From the NCBI GenBank assembly GCA_965197585.1, contig OZ240215.1, forward strand, positions 3,365,520-3,429,519: a stretch of 64,000 nucleotides of DNA. The letters are read 5' to 3'. Below the pieces are notes generated by a model, which searched no databases, was not told where the DNA came from, and saw only the letters and a list, made by a program, of their open reading frames with translations. Below, one piece after another: positions 21,208 through 30,776 of this stretch (position 1 is its first letter; each line of letters opens with the position of its first letter). The DNA is from Dehalococcoidia bacterium. Lineage in GTDB: Bacteria > Chloroflexota > Dehalococcoidia > Plut-88900. Made by a program: the position numbers and the translations under genes.

Positions 21208-21254
21208 AATATAGTACAGGTGTTTTGATTTGGTCAAGGGGTTCGTGTCACTTT
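21208..21254 (-). promoter_or_regulatory. sigma70 promoter with LexA-box-like spacer
   Basis: TTGACC-N18-TATATT; AAAAC-ACCT-GTACT in the spacer; 23 nt identical to 46798-46820. Confidence 0.6.
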
Positions 21255-21294
21255 TGGGGAGACACCGCCCCAGCCCCACCGGGGAACCTTCACC

Positions 21295-21527
21295 CCCTTA
21301 ATCCCCCTCTCACGCCATAGGCGCATCTTTGACCCTTAGGGCCGTCAAGGGAGAGGGGGAGATAAGAACAGAGGCAGAGGTTGGCGCAGAAGCGCCAACC
21401 TCTGCCTCTAGTTCAGTACTGGGTAGAAGGGGATGGGGATGGATTCTGGCTCTCGGCGGCCGGAATGATGGAGGGGGTGGATGGGGGGAGGCCTCGCCCC
21501 AGATTCCTCGCGGGGCCTCAGAAGGAG
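21295..21527. repeat. cluster of REP-like palindromes
   Basis: CCCCCTCTC...GAGAGGGGG, 18-bp perfect stem 21370-21409, AGATTCCTCGCGGGGCCTC copy at about 21501. Confidence 0.7.
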
Positions 21528-21545
21528 AAGGGAGGGGTCAGGGAG

Positions 21546-21932
21546 TTAGGCGCGTGCGAGAGTCTCGGTGTCCTGGATGAAGACTGCGGTCTCGTGGATA
21601 AGCCCCTCGATGGCGTCTACAGGCTCGCACCAGCCGGTGTAGAAGCAGTCGCCGTGGAGTGCGCCCTGTCGAGTGAAGTAGCGGTCCCGAAGGTTGCGCA
21701 CCTTAGGATCGTCCTGCGCGAGCTTCAGGAGGGCGCGGGTGGTGTTGGGGGACTTGGGGGGGAGTTTACCGGTGCGGGCGAGGACGAGGGCGTCGATGGC
21801 GCGCTTGGCGGCGCACCAAGCCTTTTCGGCGGCGTCCCTGATGTCTCCGGCGGCCATACGTTCGAGGGCGGCGTTGTGCATGCGGCGGGCGTCGGCGAAG
21901 ATGGGGGTGGGGTCGGCTGAGGTTGTGGTCAT
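21546..21932 (-). CDS. PaREP1 (HEPN-like) family protein
   Basis: GDIRDAAEKAWCAA and LHGDCFY motifs. Confidence 0.75.
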   Translation of the reverse strand: MTTTSADPTPIFADARRMHNAALERMAAGDIRDAAEKAWCAAKRAIDALVLARTGKLPPKSPNTTRALLKLAQDDPKVRNLRDRYFTRQGALHGDCFYTGWCEPVDAIEGLIHETAVFIQDTETLARA

Positions 21933-22193
21933 GTGCTTTTCCTTGGGTGGAACGATAGCACAGGTGGGGGGTGGGGGGACTCATTGACGACCGTTCCATG
22001 CCCCTGATATATTCGACTAAGATGAAGATATTACCCAGTTGGGAGAGTGCTGTGGTCGTACTGTAGGGGCTGGTGATTCTTTAACCCTGCCACCTTCATT
22101 AAACCGTATACTTGGGCACCAGATAAGATATAGGCTAACCTCGTAACTTTGAGGCTTGAGTGGACAACTGTAAGCAAAAAGTAAGTTGCCAAA

Positions 22194-22946
22194 ATGCCAA
22201 ATACCGTCATTGACATATTTCTCCAATGCGATCAATCAGTTCGCCGTGGCCAGCTAATCCATCGAACTAGTAGAACGGACAAAGAGTTCCACTTCCAGGA
22301 TTGGTTCCAAGCTCGACTGGATGAAATCCAAGTGACATACGACACACCCTCCCGCAACACCTATCCTGATTTTCGACTGGTGCATAGCCCCGAAGGATAT
22401 GAAGTAAAAGGGTTAGCGTATCCTGGGCGCGAAGCGAACTATGACGCTAACAGTCAGATGCCCACGGGCTTCCATAAAGGCAGAACCATCTTCTATGTTT
22501 TCGGCCGATATCCCCGGGACCCCAACGGCGACGACTACCCGGTTATCGATATAGTGCTGTTCCACGGCGACTTCCTAAATGCAAACCACGAGTATGTCCA
22601 CAAGAACAAACACGTCACAGGTTTTGGAAGCTATGGCGACATTATGATAAGAGACCGAAAAATGTATGTGGCTCCCACACCCTTTGCATTGACAGACGGA
22701 ACAGCTGGTCAACGCACCCTTATTTTGCCCAGCGACGCCGAGGTGGATGCTCGGTTGGAATCGTGTGGGGAGCTAGTGCGCGTAGAAACAGATCAGATTC
22801 TCGTTGGGTATAGAGCTGACCTTAAGGGAAAATCACTTGTTCCTCAATTTGTCAATAACCCTTCTTCCGGACTCGAACACCACTTTATTGCCTACCGTGC
22901 CGTCGGGACGAATGGCGCAGCAGTAACGATGAAAGCATCTGTATAG
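22194..22946 (+). CDS. putative type II restriction endonuclease (PD-(D/E)xK)
   Basis: YPDF...GYEVK motif; adjacent to a DNA methyltransferase; lower GC than flanks. Confidence 0.7.
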   Translation: MPNTVIDIFLQCDQSVRRGQLIHRTSRTDKEFHFQDWFQARLDEIQVTYDTPSRNTYPDFRLVHSPEGYEVKGLAYPGREANYDANSQMPTGFHKGRTIFYVFGRYPRDPNGDDYPVIDIVLFHGDFLNANHEYVHKNKHVTGFGSYGDIMIRDRKMYVAPTPFALTDGTAGQRTLILPSDAEVDARLESCGELVRVETDQILVGYRADLKGKSLVPQFVNNPSSGLEHHFIAYRAVGTNGAAVTMKASV

Positions 22947-23016
22947 CCTCTATAGGCTGTGCGTACTATGCAACTACAAATGAATCATTTGCCGAACACT
23001 GAAAACCTAGGACAAG

Positions 23017-25164
23017 CTGCTGTTTAAGATACCTCGCGCTATCGAAAGCGATGATTTCCCATTCGAGCAACTCAGTCGTATTGCAGAACATGAAAGCTGG
23101 CGTAAGGAGATCTACCGTCCGATCTACCACATACACAAATGGTGGGCGCAACGTTTAGGATCAGTTTTTAGGGGTATTCTCTTGGGCGCATTAGCGCCAA
23201 AGGGTGCCGATGTCATGAAGTTGTTTTACTCATCCACACGCTTTACTGATATTGTCGTCTTCGACCCATTCATGGGAAGCGGCACAACAATAGGCGAAAC
23301 CCTGAAAATTGGAGGGAGAGCCATCGGCCGGGACATCAACCCGGTGTCTTACCTTCAAGTCTGCACTGCCTTAACACTGAAAGATTTGGCACTACTGGAA
23401 AATACCTATCATGCGATCGAACGCGATGTGGCTGATACTATTTCCAGCTATTACGTCACCCGTATGTCAGGTGGCGCATTGTGCCGAGTTCTGTACTACT
23501 TCTGGGTAATGCAAGCCACTTGTCCAATTTGTGATATCGATGTCGACTTGTTTGGCAGCTACATATTTGCTCGGCATGCGTATTCTCAACGTAATCCTAA
23601 CGTACAAGTTGTATGCCCGAAATGCGGCGCATTATCTCAAGAAAACCGTCAGATCAAGCAAATGCAGTGTTCGAAGTGCAATCATGAGTTTAACGCAACA
23701 CGAGGTCCCGTAAGAGGAAAGACAGCCGAGTGCCCGAATTGCCGCTGCGAGTTCACGATTGCTCATACCATACGCGATACTGGAACCTCTCCCAGCTACA
23801 GGATGTATGCAAAACTGATCCTAAAACCTGATGGAGTGAAAGAATATCATCCAGTAAATGAGTTTGACGAAGAGTTATATCAAGAGGCGATTATTGCCTT
23901 ATATAAGTCTCCATATGAGATTCCACGTGGAACTATAGAGCCTGGCTACAATACAAACCAAGTGTTGAACTATGGGTTCAGTTACTGGCATCAGTTGTTC
24001 AATGCACGGCAGCTTCTGTGTATATCTACCCTAGCTAATCGAATAAAGGCGATTGAAGACATATCACTTCGTTATGCGTTCACCTGCCTTTTTTCTGGTG
24101 TGCTTGAATTCAATAATATGTTTGCCTCCTATAAGGGTGAGGGCACGGGAGCTGTCAGGCACATGTTTTATCACCATATCTTGAAGCCTGAACGCACGCC
24201 ATTGGAGGCGAACCTGTGGGGTACGCCTCGAAGTTCTGGTGCTTTCTCAACATTGTTCCGTAGCAGGCTATTGCGGGCAGCAGAGTATGCACGGGAACCA
24301 TTTGAACTGGCGCTCCATACCAAGAATTCGAGCAAGCGGTCTACTAAAGTTGATAGCATCAACCAACCTCTAGTTGGAATCACCAACAGCGATTCATTTA
24401 ACCATTTTGCCCAGGGTCGAACGCTCTATATTTCCTGCGGAGATTCCGCAACCACTGACTTGCCGGATCAGAGTGTAGACTTGGTTGTTACAGACCCACC
24501 TTTTTTTGACAATGTGCATTACTCCCAATTGGCTGATTTCTTTTTCGCCTGGCAGAAACTAATTTTGGATGATTCTCCTGTCTATAAGATAGAAACCACT
24601 CGATCTAAACTTGAGGTGCAGAATGCGGATGCAACGGCTTTTACAGATCGTTTAACGCATGTGTTAAAGGAAACCACACGCGTTCTCAAGAAAGATGGAC
24701 TCCTTATCTTCACTTACCACCATTCCAGGTGGGAAGGTTGGCGCTCCATTCTTGATGCATTGTTGATGGCCGGATTTTGCATAGCTGCATGCCATCCTGT
24801 TAAAGCAGAATTATCGCTTGCGACTCCCAAACACCAAGCAAAGTCTCCAATCAACTTCGACATCATTATGGTTTGTCGCAAAGCCCAAGATAGTGCAAAC
24901 CCGCGGGAAGAGCGAGACGTATTGACAATTACGTCTGCCGTTAAACGTGCGGAAGATCAGATTGATAGACTTCGACTAACCGGATGGCAGTTAAGTCGAA
25001 ACGACGTTGGCGTGATGGTCATGGCACAAGTAATATCCGAAATCTCTCGATGTAAAGAATCCCATTTAGCAGAGCAATTGCTAGATAGCATCGGTGGCTC
25101 CATAGCTCAGGCCATCGATCGACTCTACGAGTCGAAATTCCCGAATCTTAGGGTAGAAGTGTGA
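23017..25164 (+). CDS. amino-DNA methyltransferase with Zn ribbons (DUF1156/COG1743-like); non-canonical start
   Basis: HKWWAQR upstream of the annotated TTG, FDPFMGSGTT, four CxxC pairs, TDPPF; frame open back to 23011. Confidence 0.85.
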   Translation: MLFKIPRAIESDDFPFEQLSRIAEHESWRKEIYRPIYHIHKWWAQRLGSVFRGILLGALAPKGADVMKLFYSSTRFTDIVVFDPFMGSGTTIGETLKIGGRAIGRDINPVSYLQVCTALTLKDLALLENTYHAIERDVADTISSYYVTRMSGGALCRVLYYFWVMQATCPICDIDVDLFGSYIFARHAYSQRNPNVQVVCPKCGALSQENRQIKQMQCSKCNHEFNATRGPVRGKTAECPNCRCEFTIAHTIRDTGTSPSYRMYAKLILKPDGVKEYHPVNEFDEELYQEAIIALYKSPYEIPRGTIEPGYNTNQVLNYGFSYWHQLFNARQLLCISTLANRIKAIEDISLRYAFTCLFSGVLEFNNMFASYKGEGTGAVRHMFYHHILKPERTPLEANLWGTPRSSGAFSTLFRSRLLRAAEYAREPFELALHTKNSSKRSTKVDSINQPLVGITNSDSFNHFAQGRTLYISCGDSATTDLPDQSVDLVVTDPPFFDNVHYSQLADFFFAWQKLILDDSPVYKIETTRSKLEVQNADATAFTDRLTHVLKETTRVLKKDGLLIFTYHHSRWEGWRSILDALLMAGFCIAACHPVKAELSLATPKHQAKSPINFDIIMVCRKAQDSANPREERDVLTITSAVKRAEDQIDRLRLTGWQLSRNDVGVMVMAQVISEISRCKESHLAEQLLDSIGGSIAQAIDRLYESKFPNLRVEV

Positions 25165-25211
25165 CCGTGATTAGCCCTTACTTGGCTCAACCCCTATGCT
25201 AGAATACCGCC

Positions 25212-25568
25212 ATGCTTTATATTCTCCTGGCCACTCTGACGACTGACGGGCAGCGGAAGCTGATAGATAATCCCGAGCTTATAAATGACGTTGCGCAGGA
25301 GGTGGATGTGCCCGGCGCCCGCCTTATGGCGCGGTACATGGTTCTCGGCAGGTACGACTTCGTAATCATCGCCGAGGCGGACGGGCCGGAGTCGGTGGCC
25401 CGGTTGTCCCTGGAGTTCGGGCTCCGAGCCGGGGTCCACACCGAGACCCTTCAGGCTATCAACGTCGACCTCCTCGCCGGCGCCGGCGAGGACGACATTA
25501 TTTCGAGCCTCACCGAGGCGTTCGTCCCTACCCCCACCGACGGCGCACCCCCCACCTCCGAAACCTAG
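25212..25568 (+). CDS. GYD domain protein
   Basis: YMVLGRYDFVIIAEA, TETLQA. Confidence 0.85.
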   Translation: MLYILLATLTTDGQRKLIDNPELINDVAQEVDVPGARLMARYMVLGRYDFVIIAEADGPESVARLSLEFGLRAGVHTETLQAINVDLLAGAGEDDIISSLTEAFVPTPTDGAPPTSET

Positions 25569-25602
25569 TCCAGCCAGTCTTCCCAAAAGAAAGGCGTCAC
25601 CC

Positions 25603-26757
25603 ATGAGCAACCTGGACTTCGAGATTTCCGAATTCGAGGACCGGCAGCAGAGGACTCGGGCGGCCATGGAGAAGATCGGCATAGACCTTCTCATAGTGAC
25701 CAATCCCGTCAACATCAACTACCTGGCCGGCAGCCGGATCAAGGGATACCAGGAGTTCCAGGCCCTACTATTCACGCTGGAGCCCAGCGACCTGATACTC
25801 CAGACTCGTTTCGCTGATGTCTTCGAGGCGCAGGAAATGTCGTTGTCGGGGGACGTGCGGGGGTGGGACCGGGACCCGGGCGACCACGCCGTGCCCATCC
25901 TCAAGTCCATACTGGAGGAGAAGGGGTATCTTAACCGGAGAATAGGGCTTGAGGTCCCGGATACGTATCTTAACGTGCACGACTATCTGCAGCTCAGGGA
26001 TGTTCTCGGCGACGCACTGGTAGCCGAACCCACCCGCCTCATCGAGGAGCTCAAGTTCGTTAAGTCTCCCGCGGAGCTGGCCTACATCCGCAAAGCCTCC
26101 GACATCAATGACGCCGTCCACCAGACGTGTCTCGATACCATGGCGGCAGGCAAGACCGAGTTCCAGGTTGTCGGCGAGATGCATCGCACGATGATGTCCC
26201 TCGGCGGTGAGTTCACGTCGAGCCCGATGAACTTTGTGAGCGGGGAGCGGACGCCCTACTCTCACGGCTTTCCCTCGGAGAGGGTGCTTCAGGACGGAGA
26301 CCTGGTCCATCACGAATATGGTTCAGCCTATCGTCGGTACACCTGCACAATTGGTCGGGTGATGTGCATCGGGGAGCCGACGGCCAGGATGAAAGAGGTC
26401 TACCAGGTTGTCCGGAACGCCTGCGATGCTACCATAGGGGCGATCAGGGCGGGGGTCCCGGCGTCGGCGCCCCACGAGGCGGCGAAGAAGGTAATCGGGG
26501 ATGCGGGGATGGAGGAGGGTCGGTGGCACACGACCGGCTACGGAATAGCTCCCGGATTCCCGCCCAGGTGGTCGGAGCCGTTTCAAATGGACGGCAGTAT
26601 TGACGAGCCGTTGCAGAGCGGCATGGTGCTGTCAATCGAGCCGCCGGTATTTCTGCCGGAGGAGAGGCTCGGGGCCCGGATAATCGACAACGTGCTTGTG
26701 ACCGACACCGGCTGCGAGATATTGTCGAAGACCAGCCGGGACCTGACGGTGGTGTAG
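25603..26757 (+). CDS. M24 peptidase-fold hydrolase (creatinase/ectoine hydrolase-like)
   Basis: VKSPAEL, TGYGI, GMVLSIEPP; canonical metal ligands partly replaced. Confidence 0.85.
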   Translation: MSNLDFEISEFEDRQQRTRAAMEKIGIDLLIVTNPVNINYLAGSRIKGYQEFQALLFTLEPSDLILQTRFADVFEAQEMSLSGDVRGWDRDPGDHAVPILKSILEEKGYLNRRIGLEVPDTYLNVHDYLQLRDVLGDALVAEPTRLIEELKFVKSPAELAYIRKASDINDAVHQTCLDTMAAGKTEFQVVGEMHRTMMSLGGEFTSSPMNFVSGERTPYSHGFPSERVLQDGDLVHHEYGSAYRRYTCTIGRVMCIGEPTARMKEVYQVVRNACDATIGAIRAGVPASAPHEAAKKVIGDAGMEEGRWHTTGYGIAPGFPPRWSEPFQMDGSIDEPLQSGMVLSIEPPVFLPEERLGARIIDNVLVTDTGCEILSKTSRDLTVV

Positions 26758-26801
26758 GGGACAGTCTCTCCAGCGGCTTGGTTAATATTGAGGACCATGA
26801 G

Positions 26802-27989
26802 ATGAACTCTGTTTCCCAACTGTTCAAGATAGACAGCAAAGATAAGCAGAGCCAGGCGATAAAGGAGACTGAATTCTCCCATCTGGGGTTCCAGGAACGG
26901 CGGGATATTCAGGAATGGGTAGCCGCCAACCCGAGCATTCTGGGCGAGGACTTGCTGATAATCGGCAAGGAGTTTAGCGGTTTCGACAGGACGAACGAAA
27001 GGCTAGACCTTCTGGCTGTAGACCCGGACGGTAAACTGGTCATTATTGAGTTGAAGCGTGACGACTCTGGTGCAGACGCTTATTGGCAGGCGGTCAAATA
27101 TGCAAGTTATTTCCAAAAGACCCGTTCTGAAATAATCGTCGGGATACTTGCGAATTATGATGGTTCATCGAGTGAAGAAGCTGTGCATAAATTGCGGCGG
27201 CACCTTGACGAAGATGATCTGAGCAGCCTGAACATCGACCAACGTATTATCCTTGCTAGCCATCGCTTTGCACCCGAAGTGACATCTGCTGCCCTGTGGT
27301 TGAACGGTAAATCGCCCAACCTAATAACTTGTGTGCAATTGACGCCATACATGGACGGGGATTCCATGTACGTACATGCGAATACCATCATCCCTGTGCC
27401 CGGCGCGGAAGACTATATGGTACAGGTTGGCAGCAGACCGGATGAAGGTGGCGGATCGTCCACCAGCTTAGGAATTAAGCTAACGGAAACGTTCGCGAAG
27501 AACAGAAGTGATCATGTCACCACTTTCCTGCGGAATGTGGGCGATCGTGTATTGAGCGGACTCCCGCAGGAAGTCCGACCAAACAGGAATAGCAGATGGG
27601 CCGGAGATACGGGAGGTTGGCGTTACTACCACTTTTGGTATGCAAGTCAACATTGGGGCAATTGGCGCTTGTCTTATATGGTGAATCTTTTCTTCGACGA
27701 ACAAACCCAACCTAGTAAGGCAGACGTGGAATTGGCTTACCTCTCAGGTGAGCTGCGGGCTAGGTTTGAGGAGCGTGACGTGATCGGGGAACTGTCTAGC
27801 AAACTGAAGTCGTTGGGCATCGACTCCGAACCAACTCTGGAAGAGACACGAGTCTTGCTAACCCATGCCTCCTCATCCTTGGACGACCACCTCGCCGACA
27901 GGCTTTCCCACACGGTACAAGCCTTTATCGAGACCCTAACGCCTATCGTCAACGAATTAGAGGAAGAGGGCAACGAAGAAGAGGCTTGA
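26802..27989 (+). CDS. NucS-like PD-(D/E)xK endonuclease domain protein
   Basis: ERRDIQEW, RLDLLAVD..G.LVIIELKR, QAVKYA. Confidence 0.75.
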   Translation: MNSVSQLFKIDSKDKQSQAIKETEFSHLGFQERRDIQEWVAANPSILGEDLLIIGKEFSGFDRTNERLDLLAVDPDGKLVIIELKRDDSGADAYWQAVKYASYFQKTRSEIIVGILANYDGSSSEEAVHKLRRHLDEDDLSSLNIDQRIILASHRFAPEVTSAALWLNGKSPNLITCVQLTPYMDGDSMYVHANTIIPVPGAEDYMVQVGSRPDEGGGSSTSLGIKLTETFAKNRSDHVTTFLRNVGDRVLSGLPQEVRPNRNSRWAGDTGGWRYYHFWYASQHWGNWRLSYMVNLFFDEQTQPSKADVELAYLSGELRARFEERDVIGELSSKLKSLGIDSEPTLEETRVLLTHASSSLDDHLADRLSHTVQAFIETLTPIVNELEEEGNEEEA

Positions 27990-28031
27990 ATTTCATCCAC
28001 TCCGCACCCGAGACCCCAAACACTCCCGGGT

Positions 28032-29138
28032 CTACCGAGCCGAAATATCCACCGCGAATGTCTCCGCCTGCCCCCCCGCCCCCGATACCACCGCTCTACC
28101 AGCAGCCACGAACTCCGATCGCGCTATCTCCACGTCCACTTGGAAGGGCTCGCCTTCTACGGTTACCGTGAAGCGGCGTCGGGAGATGGGGGCCATCAGG
28201 TGTTCTTTGGTCTGAGCTATTGTTGCTTCCTGACTTCTTAGGGCCTCGTGGGCCTCAGACAGGGTGACCGATTGAAATCGGATCTCGTCACCGGGCATCC
28301 TCTGGGCAACCTTACCGATATCCGAGCTGATAACGGTCGCCGGCTTGGTGTATCCTCCGGAGGTGCCCCGGTCGGCCATCAGGATAATGGGCTGCCCGTC
28401 CCCCGAGACCTGGACTCCTCCGAAGGGTATGCCATCGGAGATGATGTCGGGGCCGTCGCTGTGCTGGACTTTCGGGCCCTGCAGCCGGTAGCCCATCCGG
28501 TCCGAATTCGCCGATACAGTAAAGGACTCGCCAAATAGAACGTCCAATCCGGCCTGGGTGAAGCGGTCATCCTGCGGTCCCAGGACTACGCGGATAGGCA
28601 AGGAAGGGTTGTAGTTGGGAACCAGGCCTCGGGGAATCCGCCGACCTGCGTTGTCACCGGAAGAGACGGGCAGCCGAGTCAAAAGCATGTCGCCCGCCTC
28701 CAGCGCTCGGCCCTTGAAACCGCCTATTGCTGCCTTCATAAAGGTGGACTTGCTGCCCATGACTACAGGGATATCGAATCCCCCGGCCACCGCCACGTAG
28801 GATCGAGTGCCGGACCTGTGCTCCCCAAAGGATAGGACGTCTCCCTGCCGAGCCAGGAACGACTCCCACATCGGGGCGGGAGCGTCGTTGAGAGATGGGG
28901 ATAAGTCTGCCCCACTTATGGCTACGAGAGCGGGAGAGCGGAAATGGAGTCTGGGCCCTGCCAAGGTGACTTCCAGGCAGGCCTCGTCCTCGGGGTTGCC
29001 GGTGAGGATGTTAGCCATGCGCAGGGCGACGGTGTCCATTGCCCCAGATGCCGGGACACCGTGGTGCAGGTAACCGTAGCGGCCCATGTCCTGGACCGTG
29101 GTGAGGAGACCGGGCTCTATTACTTCTATGACGCCCAT
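28032..29138 (-). CDS. pxpC: 5-oxoprolinase subunit C
   Basis: PGLLTTVQD.GR, SDRMGYRL, GGYTK; operon with pxpAB. Confidence 0.9.
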   Translation of the reverse strand: MGVIEVIEPGLLTTVQDMGRYGYLHHGVPASGAMDTVALRMANILTGNPEDEACLEVTLAGPRLHFRSPALVAISGADLSPSLNDAPAPMWESFLARQGDVLSFGEHRSGTRSYVAVAGGFDIPVVMGSKSTFMKAAIGGFKGRALEAGDMLLTRLPVSSGDNAGRRIPRGLVPNYNPSLPIRVVLGPQDDRFTQAGLDVLFGESFTVSANSDRMGYRLQGPKVQHSDGPDIISDGIPFGGVQVSGDGQPIILMADRGTSGGYTKPATVISSDIGKVAQRMPGDEIRFQSVTLSEAHEALRSQEATIAQTKEHLMAPISRRRFTVTVEGEPFQVDVEIARSEFVAAGRAVVSGAGGQAETFAVDISAR

Positions 29139-29145
29139 ATTGATA

Positions 29146-29880
29146 TCAGCCCGCGTCCCGAACCGTGACCTTGAACGTTCCTGCCTCCACCTGCTTCTCG
29201 ATCTCCCGGTATCGTGTCTCCTCGATGGATGTGAAGCGGACCAAATCGCCAGCCTCGACGAGGGACGGGGGCTCCCTGCCGGGGTCGAACATCCTAATCG
29301 GTGACCTTCCTATGACCCGCCAACCCCCGGGACTGGCCAGCGGATATATGCCCGTCTGCCGCTCGGCGATGCCGACGGAGCCCGGGACCATCCTCACCCG
29401 GGGAGTCGGGAGTCGCGGCGTGGCAATCTTCTCCGACATGCCCCCGAGGTACGGGAATCCGGGGTTGAACCCAACCATATAGACCAGGTAGTCGGCACTT
29501 GTGTGGACCTCGATTACCTCGGCCTCGGTAAGGTTGGTGTGTGTGGCAACGAACTCGATGTCCGGGCCGTAATCCCCGCCGTAAAGAGTGGGTATCTCCA
29601 CGACCTTCGAAGCGCCCAGATCGGCGTCCTGGAGGTTGGCGTATAGCTCGGCAAGACGCTGCTGGAGGTCTTCTACCTGCAAGGTGAGAGGATCGTAGTA
29701 GACGAGGATGGAGCGGTAGGTGGGGGCAAGGGCCTGGACGCCGGGGATGGCGGCGGTATCTATGGCGTTGAGCAGGTGGCGTATGCTCCGATTGACCTCG
29801 GGAGTTATCTCGTCGCCCACCTCTATGAACAGGGCCTTATCGCCGCCATAGCGGAAGGTGGGTTCAGTAAAGAGTGGCAT
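29146..29880 (-). CDS. pxpB: 5-oxoprolinase subunit B
   Basis: YGGDYGPD, GFNPGFPYL, GSVGIA..QTGIYP..SPGGW. Confidence 0.93.
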   Translation of the reverse strand: MPLFTEPTFRYGGDKALFIEVGDEITPEVNRSIRHLLNAIDTAAIPGVQALAPTYRSILVYYDPLTLQVEDLQQRLAELYANLQDADLGASKVVEIPTLYGGDYGPDIEFVATHTNLTEAEVIEVHTSADYLVYMVGFNPGFPYLGGMSEKIATPRLPTPRVRMVPGSVGIAERQTGIYPLASPGGWRVIGRSPIRMFDPGREPPSLVEAGDLVRFTSIEETRYREIEKQVEAGTFKVTVRDAG

Positions 29881-29907
29881 TCCCTGGCTTTTGGCCTCGG
29901 CTCGGGG

Positions 29908-30672
29908 CTAGCAGAAGGTCCCCATAGGCGCGACTTCCACACCCGCTTCTTCGAACCGACTCCGGATCGCGGAGGCCAGCTCCACGGCGCCGGGATTGTC
30001 GCCGTGGAGGCAAATGGTGTCGGCCTGCATGGAGATTTCTTCCCCGGTGATTGCGGTTACGGCGCCTTCCGTGATCATCTTGAGGCTTCGTTCAACGACT
30101 TCCGAGGGATCGTGCAGCACTGAGCCCTCTATGGAGCGGGCAACGAGTGTGCCGTCAGCGTTGAACGCCCTGTCGGCGAACGTCTCTTGAGCAACCCTGT
30201 TACCCATCTCCTTGGCTATGTTGACCCAGTTGGTACCGGCCAGGACCACAAGGATTATCTCCGGGTCGATGTCCAGGATGGCCTGGCAAATTCCCTTGGC
30301 GAGATCATCATTCTTGACCGCGGAGTTGTACAGGGCCCCGTGAGCCTTGACGTGCTGGAGCTTGGCCCCGCCCAGGAATCCCTGCAAGGCCCCGACCTGG
30401 TACTTCACATAGGCTCGGGCCTCTTCGGGGGAGGCGTTCATGTTGCGGCGTCCAAATCCGAGAAGGTCGGGGTAGCTCGGGTGGGCGCCTATAGCGACAC
30501 CGCTGGCCTTGGCCAAATTCACGGTGTGCTGCATCCACACCGGGTCTCCGGCGTGATAGCCGCAGGCCACATTTGAAGAGGTAACGTGCTTTATGACCTC
30601 CTCGTCGAGGCCCATCTTCCAAGCGCCGTAGCTCTCCCCCATGTCGCAGTTGAAGTCGATTTTTGTGGCCAT
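29908..30672 (-). CDS. pxpA: 5-oxoprolinase subunit A (LamB/YcsF)
   Basis: DFNCDMGES, ACGYHAGD, HVKAHGALYN, TICLHGD. Confidence 0.95.
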   Translation of the reverse strand: MATKIDFNCDMGESYGAWKMGLDEEVIKHVTSSNVACGYHAGDPVWMQHTVNLAKASGVAIGAHPSYPDLLGFGRRNMNASPEEARAYVKYQVGALQGFLGGAKLQHVKAHGALYNSAVKNDDLAKGICQAILDIDPEIILVVLAGTNWVNIAKEMGNRVAQETFADRAFNADGTLVARSIEGSVLHDPSEVVERSLKMITEGAVTAITGEEISMQADTICLHGDNPGAVELASAIRSRFEEAGVEVAPMGTFC

Positions 30673-30776
30673 AGCCTCTCGCTCCCGAATGGAAAAACTC
30701 AGTGCCGCAATATGAGATATCCTACAAGTGGGCCGGTTTAGGTGTCAATCAGACACAGCGGCAATGCTGCCTTCTT

